Shown here in pieces: positions 15,869 to 25,026 of a stretch of DNA of 26,445 bases. Numbering within the stretch: the first letter of the stretch is position 1; the number at the start of each line of letters is the position of its first letter. The notes below the pieces were generated by a model. It searched no databases. It saw only the letters and a program-made list of their open reading frames with translations, and was not told where the DNA came from. The stretch lies in IMG/VR virus record IMGVR_UViG_3300005758_000110, positions 1-26,445 of that record, one strand, 5' to 3'. The stretch is from a virus (taxonomy: Duplodnaviria; Caudoviricetes). Made by a program: the position numbers and the translations under genes.

Positions 15869-16485
15869 AAGTAACAGATAAAATAGAAATAACAAATGAA
15901 GATAACATGGAGCTAATGGCTCGCTATCCTGATAACTATTTTGATTTGGCAATAGTTGACCCACCTTATGGGATTGATATAAATTTAAGTGGAACACATT
16001 TTAAAGAAAAATACGAAATTAAAAGCTGGGATAAAGAAACACCAACAGACAAATATTTCAATGAATTAAAAAGAGTTTCAAAAAATCAAATCATCTGGGG
16101 TGGAAACTATTTTTTAGATAGGCTTGGAAATTGTAAATGTTTTGTTATTTGGGATAAAAAAATAGCTGAAGATATGAGTTTTGCAATGTGTGAAATGGCT
16201 TGGACTTCTTTTAAAAATGGAGCAAAGATATACAAAACAACCGCAACACAACTTGAAAGAATACACCCTACCCAAAAACCTGTTGCACTATACAAATGGC
16301 TCTTAAACAAATACGCAAAGCAAGGCGATAAAATACTTGACACGCATTTAGGTTCTGGAAGTATAGCAATAGCTTGTCACGATTACGGATTTGATTTAAC
16401 AGCGTGTGAACTTGACAAAGAGTATTTTGATAAAGCCATTCAAAGAATAAAAAACCATGTTAGCCAACAGAAATTGTTTTTATAA
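15865..16485 (+). CDS. DNA N6-adenine/N4-cytosine methyltransferase (beta class)
   Basis: DPPY catalytic motif near the N-terminus, 'HPTQKP' and 'ILDTHLGSGS' SAM-binding motif. Confidence 0.92.
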   Translation: MKVTDKIEITNEDNMELMARYPDNYFDLAIVDPPYGIDINLSGTHFKEKYEIKSWDKETPTDKYFNELKRVSKNQIIWGGNYFLDRLGNCKCFVIWDKKIAEDMSFAMCEMAWTSFKNGAKIYKTTATQLERIHPTQKPVALYKWLLNKYAKQGDKILDTHLGSGSIAIACHDYGFDLTACELDKEYFDKAIQRIKNHVSQQKLFL

Positions 16486-16500
16486 TTAAAAAACTTTTTG

Positions 16501-16508
16501 TATATTTG
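16501..16508 (+). promoter_or_regulatory. Bacteroidota -7 promoter element for the replication operon
   Basis: TATATTTG followed by C; the -33 element is not clear. Confidence 0.65.
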
Positions 16509-16512
16509 CAAA

Positions 16513-16594
16513 AGATGAGTTGCAGCATCTATAAAAAAATTAATTATCCCTTTGGTGAGTAGAGCCTGCAACCTCGAAAGCCGAAGGGTTTTTT
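16513..16594 (+). ncRNA. Structured leader/small RNA with kissing loops and terminator
   Basis: Hairpin 1 AGATG/CATCT has loop AGTTGCAG. Hairpin 2 CCCTTTGGT/GCCGAAGGG has an internal GAGTA/GAAA loop and apical loop CCTGCAAC, followed by T6. The two loops are complementary over 7 nt. Confidence 0.7.
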
Positions 16595-16631
16595 ATTATC
16601 AGTTATTGGTTATCTTAAAACCATTAAAATT

Positions 16632-16865
16632 ATGGAAAGAATAAAAACAATTTTTTGTTCATCTGAAAAATCAGATGTTAATTTTGAAATGGAGTGTTTT
16701 AAAAACACTCGAAATGAAATTTATATTCAAATAAAAAATCCTGAAAATGAACATGAATTTATGTTTATTTGTTTAGACAAAAAAACAGCCATTAAATTTT
16801 CTAAATTATTAAGACGTGAAATTTCTTATATAGAAAGTGAGGTGGATGATGAGGAAAGCAATTAA
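16632..16865 (+). CDS. Hypothetical protein
   Basis: 77 aa, 'ICLDKKTAIKFSKLLRREIS'; first gene after the leader RNA. Confidence 0.55.
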   Translation: MERIKTIFCSSEKSDVNFEMECFKNTRNEIYIQIKNPENEHEFMFICLDKKTAIKFSKLLRREISYIESEVDDEESN

Positions 16866-17484
16866 ATTTTATAATAGTTATTTTGAAGTTGCAAGTCAGT
16901 TAAATGATAAAGATAGATTAGCATTTTATGATGCTTTATTTAATAAGCAATTTAAAAACATAGAACCAAATTTAAAAGGAATGGCAAAATTTGCTTATAT
17001 ATCTCAAAAACATTCCATTGATGCTCAGGTTAAAGGTTATTATGATATTACTAAAGATGAACAATTTAACCCTAATAAACCCCCTACACAAGGGGGTACT
17101 ATACCCCCTATCGAACAAGTAAAAGAAGAAGTAAAAGAAGAAGTAAAAGAAAAAGAACAAATAATAGAGTTTAATGTTTTTTGGAATTTATATAATAAAA
17201 AACTTGGCAATAAAGATTTATGTGAAAAAAAATGGAATAATCTTAAAAATGATGATAGAAAAAAAATTATTGATACATTACCAAACTTTATAAATTCTAT
17301 AAAAGATAAACAATACCAACCTTATCCTGAAACATATTTAAACAATAAAAGATGGAATGATGAAATAACAACTGAAAAAAAAATATTACCAGTTGGAATA
17401 AAATCAGTGGCAGAACAAATTGAGGAAATGAGAAGGTATGGAGAAGATAGGTTTAATAAAATGAAAGAGGAGGGTGAGTTATGA
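16846..17484 (+). CDS. Replication initiator (DUF6291-like N-terminus, helical C-terminal domain)
   Basis: 'F..FWNLY.KK' and 'YPETYLNNKRWNDE' C-terminal motifs, a low-complexity linker with DNA repeats, and a position before the helicase. ATG 16846/16849 is preferred to GTG 16837. Confidence 0.7.
   Translation: MMRKAIKFYNSYFEVASQLNDKDRLAFYDALFNKQFKNIEPNLKGMAKFAYISQKHSIDAQVKGYYDITKDEQFNPNKPPTQGGTIPPIEQVKEEVKEEVKEKEQIIEFNVFWNLYNKKLGNKDLCEKKWNNLKNDDRKKIIDTLPNFINSIKDKQYQPYPETYLNNKRWNDEITTEKKILPVGIKSVAEQIEEMRRYGEDRFNKMKEEGEL
17068..17160. repeat. Iteron-like repeats, putative replication origin within the initiator gene
   Basis: ACCCCCTA at 17079-17086 and 17103-17110, inverted AGGGGGT at 17091-17097, then 3 tandem AAGTAAAAGAAR (17117-17152). 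Confidence 0.6.
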
Positions 17485-19295
17485 TAACAATATTTAAAGA
17501 TTTTAACGAAACCAAAAATCCTTATTATTTGCCTATTGAAAAAGTACTGCAAAGAATTAAAGAATGTAAAATCCAAAATAAAATAGATGAATTAAGAAAT
17601 GAAAAAGATGAAAAGAAAAAAAGTATATTAAAAAAGAAATTGCCTTGTATTTGTTTTTCAGGCAAATTTTTAACACGTTCTGATAAAGATTTAACTGAAC
17701 ATTCAGGTTACATTATTTTGGATTTTGATAAATTAGATAATGCAGAGGAATTTAAAATATCTTTAAAACGCTTTAATTTTATTTATAGCGCATTTATTTC
17801 TCCAAGTGGTAATGGAGTTAAGGCAATAGTAAAAATACCTCCTATAATCGAAAAACATAGGGGTTACTATCGTGGAATATTAAAAGTATTTCCAGAATTA
17901 GATAGTACATCAATAAATGAAAGTCGTATTTGTTTTGAATCTGTAGATGCTAATTTATGGATAAATAAAGATGTAATTGAATTTACAGATTATGTAGAAG
18001 TAGAAAACATAAAAACAAAAGATGTTAAAATAAAAAAAGCTACAAAAACAGATTACTCTAAAGTAAACATTTCATTAGAAATGATTAGAAATTCAATTGA
18101 TGGAGGTAAACACGCTACTCTTTTGAAGGCATCTAAATTAATGGGTGGTTATATTGCAACTGGTTATGTAGAAGAAAATGAAGCTATAAGATTACTTGAA
18201 AAAGAAATAAATGATAAAGGAGTAGATAATTTTGATACTGCAAAACAAACTATTTTAGATGGAATTAATTATGGTAAAACACAGCCAATAATTGAAGAAC
18301 CTATAAAACAAACAAAAGTTAAATCAACAATTAATGTAAATGATAATGATTTTTCATTTTTAGCAGATGAAAATGATATTAATAATTATTTAATTGAATG
18401 GAGACAAGGAACATTTAAAAAAGGATTATCAACTGGTTTAGATACATTAGATAATTATTTTTTATTTAAAAGAGGTAACTTTAATGTTTATAATGGTTTT
18501 GATAATGTAGGAAAGTCAACTACTCTTTGGTATTTTTGTTTATTAAGTTCTCTTTATCATGGTTGGAAATGGATAATATATTCAGCGGAAAACAGAAATG
18601 GCTCAGTAATTAAAAGATTGATTGAATTTTATTGTGGAGAAAAAATACATTTATTAAAAGAAATGCAATATGAAAATGCTTATAATTTTATAAAATCAAA
18701 ATTTACTATAATTAATAATGAACAGATGTATAATTATAAAGATATACTTACAATTACTGAAAAATTACTCTTAAAAGATAAATACGATGGTTTATTATTA
18801 GACCCTTACAATTCTTTAAAAATAGATTTATCAGATAATAGTAAATTAAGTACACATGAATATCATTACGAAGCTGCAAGTGAAATGCAAATGTTTGCCA
18901 AAAAAAGAGATATTTGTGTATATTTAAACTGCCATGTAGTAACAGGAGCAATGAGATTAAAAACTGCACCTATGAAAGCAGATACAGAAGGTGGAGGAAA
19001 ATTTGCAAATAAAGCTGATGACTTTGTAACTATACATAGAGAAACACAAGACCCTGAAAACTGGATGTGTACTCAACTACATGTAAGAAAAATTAAAGAA
19101 ATTGAAACTGGAGGAGGTTATACTCCATTAGATGTGCCTTTTATTTTAAAAATGAAAATTAATAATTGTGGATTTACTGATATTTATGGAAATGACCCAA
19201 TAGTAAAATGGAAACAATTATCTACAAGACAAGTTGAAATAAAAGAAACAAATAACTATTTTTTAAATGATAAACCAAATCATGAGCCTTTTTAA
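17481..19295 (+). CDS. Primase-helicase fusion (VirE_N/BT4734-like primase-polymerase domain + DnaB-like SF4 helicase)
   Basis: N-terminal 'KKKLPCICFSGKF', 'SGYIILDFD', 'FISPSGNGVK', 'SRICFES.D'; C-terminal Walker A 'GFDNVGKST', 'YSAEN', 'LLLDPYN', 'GGGKFANKAD'. Confidence 0.8.
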   Translation: MITIFKDFNETKNPYYLPIEKVLQRIKECKIQNKIDELRNEKDEKKKSILKKKLPCICFSGKFLTRSDKDLTEHSGYIILDFDKLDNAEEFKISLKRFNFIYSAFISPSGNGVKAIVKIPPIIEKHRGYYRGILKVFPELDSTSINESRICFESVDANLWINKDVIEFTDYVEVENIKTKDVKIKKATKTDYSKVNISLEMIRNSIDGGKHATLLKASKLMGGYIATGYVEENEAIRLLEKEINDKGVDNFDTAKQTILDGINYGKTQPIIEEPIKQTKVKSTINVNDNDFSFLADENDINNYLIEWRQGTFKKGLSTGLDTLDNYFLFKRGNFNVYNGFDNVGKSTTLWYFCLLSSLYHGWKWIIYSAENRNGSVIKRLIEFYCGEKIHLLKEMQYENAYNFIKSKFTIINNEQMYNYKDILTITEKLLLKDKYDGLLLDPYNSLKIDLSDNSKLSTHEYHYEAASEMQMFAKKRDICVYLNCHVVTGAMRLKTAPMKADTEGGGKFANKADDFVTIHRETQDPENWMCTQLHVRKIKEIETGGGYTPLDVPFILKMKINNCGFTDIYGNDPIVKWKQLSTRQVEIKETNNYFLNDKPNHEPF

Positions 19296-19357
19296 AAATA
19301 ATATGAAAAAAACTGATTATCAATTTATTTTGTTTTCAATCTTATTACTTTTTGATT

Positions 19358-19365
19358 TACTTTTG
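19358..19365 (+). promoter_or_regulatory. Bacteroidota -7 promoter element immediately before the sigma-like gene
   Basis: TACTTTTG, 5 nt before GTG 19371; same geometry as at 12587-12600. Confidence 0.5.
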
Positions 19366-19370
19366 CAAAA

Positions 19371-19874
19371 GTGATTGAGGAACTCGTAAACAATAAAATA
19401 TACAAACAAATAACTCGTAATATTTGCCACAATCACGAATTACTTGAGGATTTACATTCGGAGGCTATTATTGTGATAATTGAAAAACAAATTGACTTTT
19501 CAACTATTAGAAACCTTCGCCATTACTTTTCAACCGTTTGCTGGTTAACTTGGCACTCAAATAAATTTAGAAAACGTTATTTTGTTGAACACGTTACATT
19601 TGTGGATAATTTAAATGAAATAGTTGAGCAAAATGATAATATTGATTATTCAGCTTTAATCAGCTTTTTAAATGACTCCCCACAAACAGAAAATGAATTT
19701 TACGAACAAAATCTTTTAAAGCTTTATATTCAGCATGGGGATGCTAAAAAGTTAAGCGATAAAACAAAGATACCTTATAGAACGGTAGCAAACGATATAA
19801 AAAAAATCAAAGAAAAACTCAAACGACAACACAATGAAAAAAATTCTCATCAAAGCGAACATGGGGAACCTTAA
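19371..19874 (+). CDS. Phage sigma-factor-like protein (ECF-type, regions 2 and 4)
   Basis: 'EDLHSEAII' region-2-like segment and a C-terminal HTH 'AKKLSDKTKIPYRTVANDIKKIKEKLK'; at the early/late boundary. Confidence 0.65.
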   Translation: MIEELVNNKIYKQITRNICHNHELLEDLHSEAIIVIIEKQIDFSTIRNLRHYFSTVCWLTWHSNKFRKRYFVEHVTFVDNLNEIVEQNDNIDYSALISFLNDSPQTENEFYEQNLLKLYIQHGDAKKLSDKTKIPYRTVANDIKKIKEKLKRQHNEKNSHQSEHGEP

Positions 19875-20874
19875 CGGTTTATCATTTCACCGATTAATAG
19901 TTCCTTTTGCAAAAATATCCGATATGGTAAACTTCCAATGTGATGTTTTCCCTGACTTAGATGTTGCAACCGATGAGCAGCTTAAACAATATTCAGCAGT
20001 AGTTTATCAAAGAGAAATCGATACAGGTGGCAAATCATTAGAAATAATTAAAAAGTTTCACTCATTAGGAATAAAAGTAATATTCGATATTGACGACATC
20101 TGGACTTTACCTAAAAGCCATTATTTAAGTAGACTTTACGACATACACAATATACCAGACCAAACAATTGAAATTCTTAAAAATGTTGACTTAGTAATAA
20201 CCACTACCAAACATCTGGCATCAAAAATTAAAAGATACAATAAAAACGTTGAGGTTATTCCAAACTGTTTAGACCATGAAGACGAGCAATGGAAAGCAAA
20301 CAAAAGCAAAAGCGACAAAATAAGGTTTGGTTATATTGCAGGGATATTCCACAAAGGCGATATTTCAATTTTGGAACTACCTATTCGTAAAGTATTGAGG
20401 CACGATATAAACGCTCAATTTGTTTTAGGCGGTTACAATGATAATGCAGATTATCACTACTACGAAAAAGTAATGAGTGGCGGTAAGGTAACCGATAAAT
20501 ATCAAAGAGTTTACAGTTTGCCAGTACATGATTATGGTAAGGCTTATAACGAAACAGATGTAAGTTTAATTCCTCTTCAATCAAATTCATTTACTGAATG
20601 CAAAAGTGAAATTAAATTACTCGAAGCTGGTTTACATGGCAACCCTGCAATAGTAAGTGATGTGCTACCTTATAACACTTTTCCCAAAGAAACAGCAATA
20701 TTCTTAAAAAACAATGATATAAATGGCTGGTTTAAGGCAATAAGAGAATTAACCAGAAATGAATCAATGAGAAAGGAATATGCAGAAAGTTTACAAAAAT
20801 ATATTGAAAAACATTATAATATAAACAAATGGACGGAAGTAAGGAAACAAATCCTCGAATCGGTATTGGCGTAA
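19834..20874 (+). CDS. Glycosyltransferase, GT-B fold (GT4-like)
   Basis: 'G..FHRL..P', 'DIDDIW', 'VIPNCLD', 'DVSLIPL....F..CKSEIKLLEAG', 'IVSDV.PY'. Confidence 0.85.
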   Translation: MKKILIKANMGNLNGLSFHRLIVPFAKISDMVNFQCDVFPDLDVATDEQLKQYSAVVYQREIDTGGKSLEIIKKFHSLGIKVIFDIDDIWTLPKSHYLSRLYDIHNIPDQTIEILKNVDLVITTTKHLASKIKRYNKNVEVIPNCLDHEDEQWKANKSKSDKIRFGYIAGIFHKGDISILELPIRKVLRHDINAQFVLGGYNDNADYHYYEKVMSGGKVTDKYQRVYSLPVHDYGKAYNETDVSLIPLQSNSFTECKSEIKLLEAGLHGNPAIVSDVLPYNTFPKETAIFLKNNDINGWFKAIRELTRNESMRKEYAESLQKYIEKHYNINKWTEVRKQILESVLA

Positions 20875-21488
20875 CAACCACTCCAAACAGATATGAGTAC
20901 ATTGATAGATGGCTTGAATACTTTGAAAAGTTTAAACCTAAAAACTATCACTTACACATACATACTGACGAACATTACAAAGGTGTTGCCTATTCAAAAA
21001 ATCAAAATTTAAAAACATTACAGGATTGTGATTATATTTTCCTATTTGACGACGACTGCTATCCTGTTAAACCTGACTGGGCAAAGTTTTTTATTGAATC
21101 AAATTACAATCATTTACTTTACTTACAACCATACCATAGAATAAAAAGCAAAATAAACAATTTAGAGAGCTATCACGATTGTGGTGGGGTGTTAATATAC
21201 TTAACAAAAGAAGTATTAAATAAAGTCGGTTATTTTAATCCTGAGTATGGGCAGTATGGATTTGAACATGCAGGTTACTCAAATCGAATATATAAAGCTG
21301 GTTTAACATCATCCCCTTATCAACAATTAACAGGAACTGATAAATATTTTTTTTCAAAAGATTACATGAATATAGAACACAAATCGAGTATTCCAATTTA
21401 TAAAAAGAATAAATTAATTGAAGAAAATCGAAAAGTTTTTTTAAAGGAATTACAAAGCGAAAAAATTTATTATAACTTTGCAGAGTGA
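20829..21488 (+). CDS. Glycosyltransferase, GT-A fold (GT2-like)
   Basis: 'IGIGVTT', 'GVAYSKN..L', 'IFLFDDDCYP' DxD motif, 'VG.F...YG.YGFEH'. Confidence 0.8.
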   Translation: MDGSKETNPRIGIGVTTTPNRYEYIDRWLEYFEKFKPKNYHLHIHTDEHYKGVAYSKNQNLKTLQDCDYIFLFDDDCYPVKPDWAKFFIESNYNHLLYLQPYHRIKSKINNLESYHDCGGVLIYLTKEVLNKVGYFNPEYGQYGFEHAGYSNRIYKAGLTSSPYQQLTGTDKYFFSKDYMNIEHKSSIPIYKKNKLIEENRKVFLKELQSEKIYYNFAE

Positions 21489-22174
21489 ACGAACACATCC
21501 TTTTTAAATTAGCAACTCGAAGTCGACCACATAAAGCAAAATCAGCTATTGATAATATTATTGCTAATTGCAATTCAATGAATTACACAATATTAGTAAG
21601 CATTGATGAAGATGACTTAACCATGAAAAACTTTGAACATAAAGACGATAATGTTTTTATAATCAAAGGAACTTCCAAAAATAAGATTGATGCTATAAAT
21701 AGGGACATGGATATTTTTGAAGGTTGGAAAATACTTATTAATACTTCGGATGACATGGTATTTAACATAAAAGGTTTTGATGAAATAATAAGACAGGATT
21801 TTAACGGATATTATGACCAAGTATTACATTATACAGATGGATATCAAAAAGGAAACTTAATGACAATGAGTATAATGGGTTATGATTACTATAAACGTTT
21901 CAATTATATTTACTATCCTGATTATATTTCTCTTTGGTGTGACATGGAGGCAACCGAAGTAGCTCATTTGCTAAACAAATATAAATACATGGGCGATGCA
22001 AAGCAATTGTTTACACACGCTCATCCTGCATGGGGATTGACTGAATACGATGAACAATACAGAAAAACTGAAAGTCAAGTAGTTAATAATCATGATAAGA
22101 CTTTATTCAATTATCGAAAATCAGAAAATTATTTTTTGCCTGACCATTTAATAATAAACAAACCTAAATATTAA
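21485..22174 (+). CDS. Glycosyltransferase, GT-A fold
   Basis: 'ATRSRP', 'SIDEDD', 'KIDAINRD', 'LINTSDDM', 'Y.SLWCD.E', 'H.HP'; GTG start overlaps the upstream stop. Confidence 0.7.
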   Translation: MNEHILFKLATRSRPHKAKSAIDNIIANCNSMNYTILVSIDEDDLTMKNFEHKDDNVFIIKGTSKNKIDAINRDMDIFEGWKILINTSDDMVFNIKGFDEIIRQDFNGYYDQVLHYTDGYQKGNLMTMSIMGYDYYKRFNYIYYPDYISLWCDMEATEVAHLLNKYKYMGDAKQLFTHAHPAWGLTEYDEQYRKTESQVVNNHDKTLFNYRKSENYFLPDHLIINKPKY

Positions 22175-22773
22175 TGTATAGTCAAAATAACGAAGAAGAA
22201 GTAATATCAAACTATTTTGGAAACAAAATAGGTAACTTATTAGATATAGGGGCAAACGATGGAATTACTTTATCAAATAGCAGAAAATTAATAGAATTAG
22301 GTTGGAGTGGTGAATTAATTGAACCTGCAGAAATGCCTTATAACAAACTTGTAAATTTATATAAAGACAATAAAAAGATTAAATTACATAATATAGCTAT
22401 ATCGGATTTAAGAGGTGAGCTAACTTTTTATTCAAGTGGAGAACATGTAGGTAATGGAGATAGTGATTTACTTTCTACTCTCTCAATAGTTGATAAACAA
22501 AAATGGGAAAATACAACAGTATATAAAGAAATTAAAGTCCAATCATTAAAATGGATTGATTTTTATAATTGGCAAATTTATGACTTTATAAATATAGATG
22601 CTGAAGGTTATGATTTAAGCATTTTAAAACAAATGGATTTAAAAGAATTGGGATGTAAATGTTTATGTATTGAACACAATGGACATCAATATAATGATAT
22701 AATAAGAGAATTGAAAAAATATAATATGAAGACAATTTTAGTAAATAACGAAAACATAATAGCAGCAATATAA
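22174..22773 (+). CDS. FkbM-family methyltransferase
   Basis: 'MYSQNNEE', 'LDIGANDG...SNS..L...GW.G..IEP', 'DFINIDAEGYD..IL'. Confidence 0.9.
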   Translation: MYSQNNEEEVISNYFGNKIGNLLDIGANDGITLSNSRKLIELGWSGELIEPAEMPYNKLVNLYKDNKKIKLHNIAISDLRGELTFYSSGEHVGNGDSDLLSTLSIVDKQKWENTTVYKEIKVQSLKWIDFYNWQIYDFINIDAEGYDLSILKQMDLKELGCKCLCIEHNGHQYNDIIRELKKYNMKTILVNNENIIAAI

Positions 22774-23354
22774 TGGGAATTACAGATTTTAGTTTACTTA
22801 TTTTAAATAAGTATATCAACGAACAAAAAACAGTATTAGAGTTAGGAGCTCAAAATCTTTATGTGGAATCATATCCAAGCGCACCGTATGCAGATAAATA
22901 TTATACTGCAAAAGGATTAGAATATACTTGTATTGATTTAAATAAAGAAAACAATGCTATGGAATTAGATTTATCTATAAAACAAAATTTAGATAAATTT
23001 GATATAGTTACTGACTTTGGAACTTCCGAACATATTGGTATTGATGGCAAACATGACCCAAAAGCATTTTATAATTGTTGGTTAAATAAACATAATGCTT
23101 GTAAAATAGGAGGTTTAATTATTAGTGAAAACCCAAAAACAGGCAATTGGATAGGTCATGGTTTTAATTATGTGACTGAAAACTTTTATAGACAATTAGC
23201 TCAATCAAATGGTTATGAGATACTTGAAATAGGCGAACATCCTGCAATGAATAACATAACAGATGGTTGGAATATTTATTGTGTACTTCGCAAAACTCAA
23301 GAAAAATTTATGACATTAACTAATTTTAAAAAATTAGAATTTTATACATCATGA
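22773..23354 (+). CDS. Class I SAM-dependent methyltransferase
   Basis: 'VLELGAQ', 'YTCIDLN', 'FDIVTDFGTSEHI', 'GG.II'. Confidence 0.8.
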   Translation: MGITDFSLLILNKYINEQKTVLELGAQNLYVESYPSAPYADKYYTAKGLEYTCIDLNKENNAMELDLSIKQNLDKFDIVTDFGTSEHIGIDGKHDPKAFYNCWLNKHNACKIGGLIISENPKTGNWIGHGFNYVTENFYRQLAQSNGYEILEIGEHPAMNNITDGWNIYCVLRKTQEKFMTLTNFKKLEFYTS

Positions 23355-23932
23355 TACTTTCAATCCTTATACCAACTGTACCTCAAAGGGCTAACCTTTT
23401 TTTAGAGCTTCATAGAGAAATTAACTCTCAATTAGAAATCACAAACGCATTTGGAATAGTTGAGGTTATTTCAGATGATGCACCAGTAGGTACAAAAACT
23501 ACAGGTCAAAAGAGAAATGACTTAATTAATGCAGCGCAAGGCGAATATGTTTGGTTTATTGATGATGATGATATGATAATGCCAAATGCACTTAAAAACG
23601 TTTTAACAGCATTAGAACAAAAACCTGATGCATTAGCTATTAATGGAATAATCACTACTAATGGTGTAGATAAAAAAGAATGGTATATAAGTAAGGATTT
23701 AGAATATATTGCAGATTGGTCTAAAGGATATGAAGTTTATTTAAGACCAACAAATCATATTACACCAACTAAAAGAGAAATAGCAAAACTAATAAAGTTT
23801 GAAGATAAAAGTAACTTTGAAGATTATGCTTATTGCATGGAACTCAAAAGATTAGGATTAATTAAAACAGAAGTTAAAATAGACGAACCTGTTTACCATT
23901 ATAGATACATCAACTATGATAAACTTTACTGA
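23351..23932 (+). CDS. Glycosyltransferase family 2
   Basis: 'LSILIPT..R', 'G.KRN.L...A.GEYV.FIDDDD', 'FED' and 'YHYRY'. Confidence 0.88.
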   Translation: MILSILIPTVPQRANLFLELHREINSQLEITNAFGIVEVISDDAPVGTKTTGQKRNDLINAAQGEYVWFIDDDDMIMPNALKNVLTALEQKPDALAINGIITTNGVDKKEWYISKDLEYIADWSKGYEVYLRPTNHITPTKREIAKLIKFEDKSNFEDYAYCMELKRLGLIKTEVKIDEPVYHYRYINYDKLY

Positions 23933-24611
23933 ATGCGCAATAATATGTTTTGCAAATAGCAGCTATTCAAAGGGGGCGCAAAGATTAAGAGAAAGTGTAA
24001 CTGAACATAATTTTAAAGGTGAACTATTTATTTTCACAGATGAAACGCAAGTTCCATGTCCGCTTCACTCACAAAATCCTTACGCTTTTAAAACTTTTAT
24101 ATTTGATAGAGTAAAAAATTTAGGCTTTAAAAAAATACTATGGGTTGATTCATCTGTTTATTTAATTAAAAACATAGACCACATATTTGAATTAATAGAT
24201 AAAGATGGATATTTAATGCAAGAAGCTGGTCATCATGTAGGAACTTGGGCAAATGATAAATGTTTAAATTATTTCAATATAAATAGAGATGAGGCATTAA
24301 ATATGTTAATGTATGGAAATGCAGGTTTATTAGGATTAAATTTTGAAAATGAAATAGCTATTAAATTTTTTAACAAATGGCACCAGGCATCAAAAGACGG
24401 AATATTTATCGGTAAATGGAATAATAACGATAAAACAGAAAGCGAAGATGAAAGATGCAAAGGTCATAGGCATGATATGACTTGCGGAAGCATAATAGCA
24501 AATCAACTTAAAATGAAATATCATTCAGGGCAAAGTATATTAATGTATGGCGCACCAGAAGATGAATCATTAAACGAAACAATAGTATTTAAAGCTCAAG
24601 GAATTAATTAA
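23916..24611 (+). CDS. Putative nucleotide-sugar transferase (GT-A-like)
   Basis: 'PYAFK', 'ILWVDSS', 'NAG', 'HRHDMT..S' resemble GT-A enzymes with a C-terminal HRHDQ-type motif. Confidence 0.6.
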   Translation: MINFTECAIICFANSSYSKGAQRLRESVTEHNFKGELFIFTDETQVPCPLHSQNPYAFKTFIFDRVKNLGFKKILWVDSSVYLIKNIDHIFELIDKDGYLMQEAGHHVGTWANDKCLNYFNINRDEALNMLMYGNAGLLGLNFENEIAIKFFNKWHQASKDGIFIGKWNNNDKTESEDERCKGHRHDMTCGSIIANQLKMKYHSGQSILMYGAPEDESLNETIVFKAQGIN

Positions 24612-24832
24612 TGTTTCAACTACTCGCAACTACATACATAATAGCAAAGTTTATCCCCAAACCTTTATGGTTACATCGTAAACCATTTACTTGTCCTCTT
24701 TGCTTAACTTATTGGACTTTCTTAATTTATCAAATAATTAACTTTACAACTTATTTTGATTTGATTACAATTCCTTTTACCTTTGCATTAATAGCTTCAC
24801 TTTTTGAACGATTAAACGATAGGTACTTATGA
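24611..24832 (+). CDS. Small membrane protein with CxxC (DUF1360-like)
   Basis: Hydrophobic; 'KPFTCPLCLTYW'. Confidence 0.55.
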   Translation: MFQLLATTYIIAKFIPKPLWLHRKPFTCPLCLTYWTFLIYQIINFTTYFDLITIPFTFALIASLFERLNDRYL

Positions 24833-25026
24833 CCGAAGAAATAAAACAATCTTTGTTAAATTGGGAGTCAATGGGTAAAAACTACTCCCCAACGTTCAAT
24901 TGGAGTGAACTTAACGAAATAGCTATCAAATCAGGTAATAAACCTTTTAACTTAGGATGCTCAGAATGTAGGAGACAATTACTCGATTACTTATTAGCAA
25001 TAATTAAAGATGGAGCAAGTAAATAA
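24829..25026 (+). CDS. Small hypothetical protein with CxxC
   Basis: 65 aa, 'GCSECRR'. Confidence 0.5.
   Translation: MTEEIKQSLLNWESMGKNYSPTFNWSELNEIAIKSGNKPFNLGCSECRRQLLDYLLAIIKDGASK

Noticed and set aside
17117-17152. CRISPR-like or mini-array interpretation of the tandem repeats
   Set aside because: The 12-bp units are contiguous with no spacers and in frame (EVKE repeats); better explained as linker/origin.
19303-19374. 23-aa hydrophobic ORF MKKTDYQFILFSILLLFDLLLQK
   Set aside because: Very short and coincides with T-rich promoter DNA; likely incidental.
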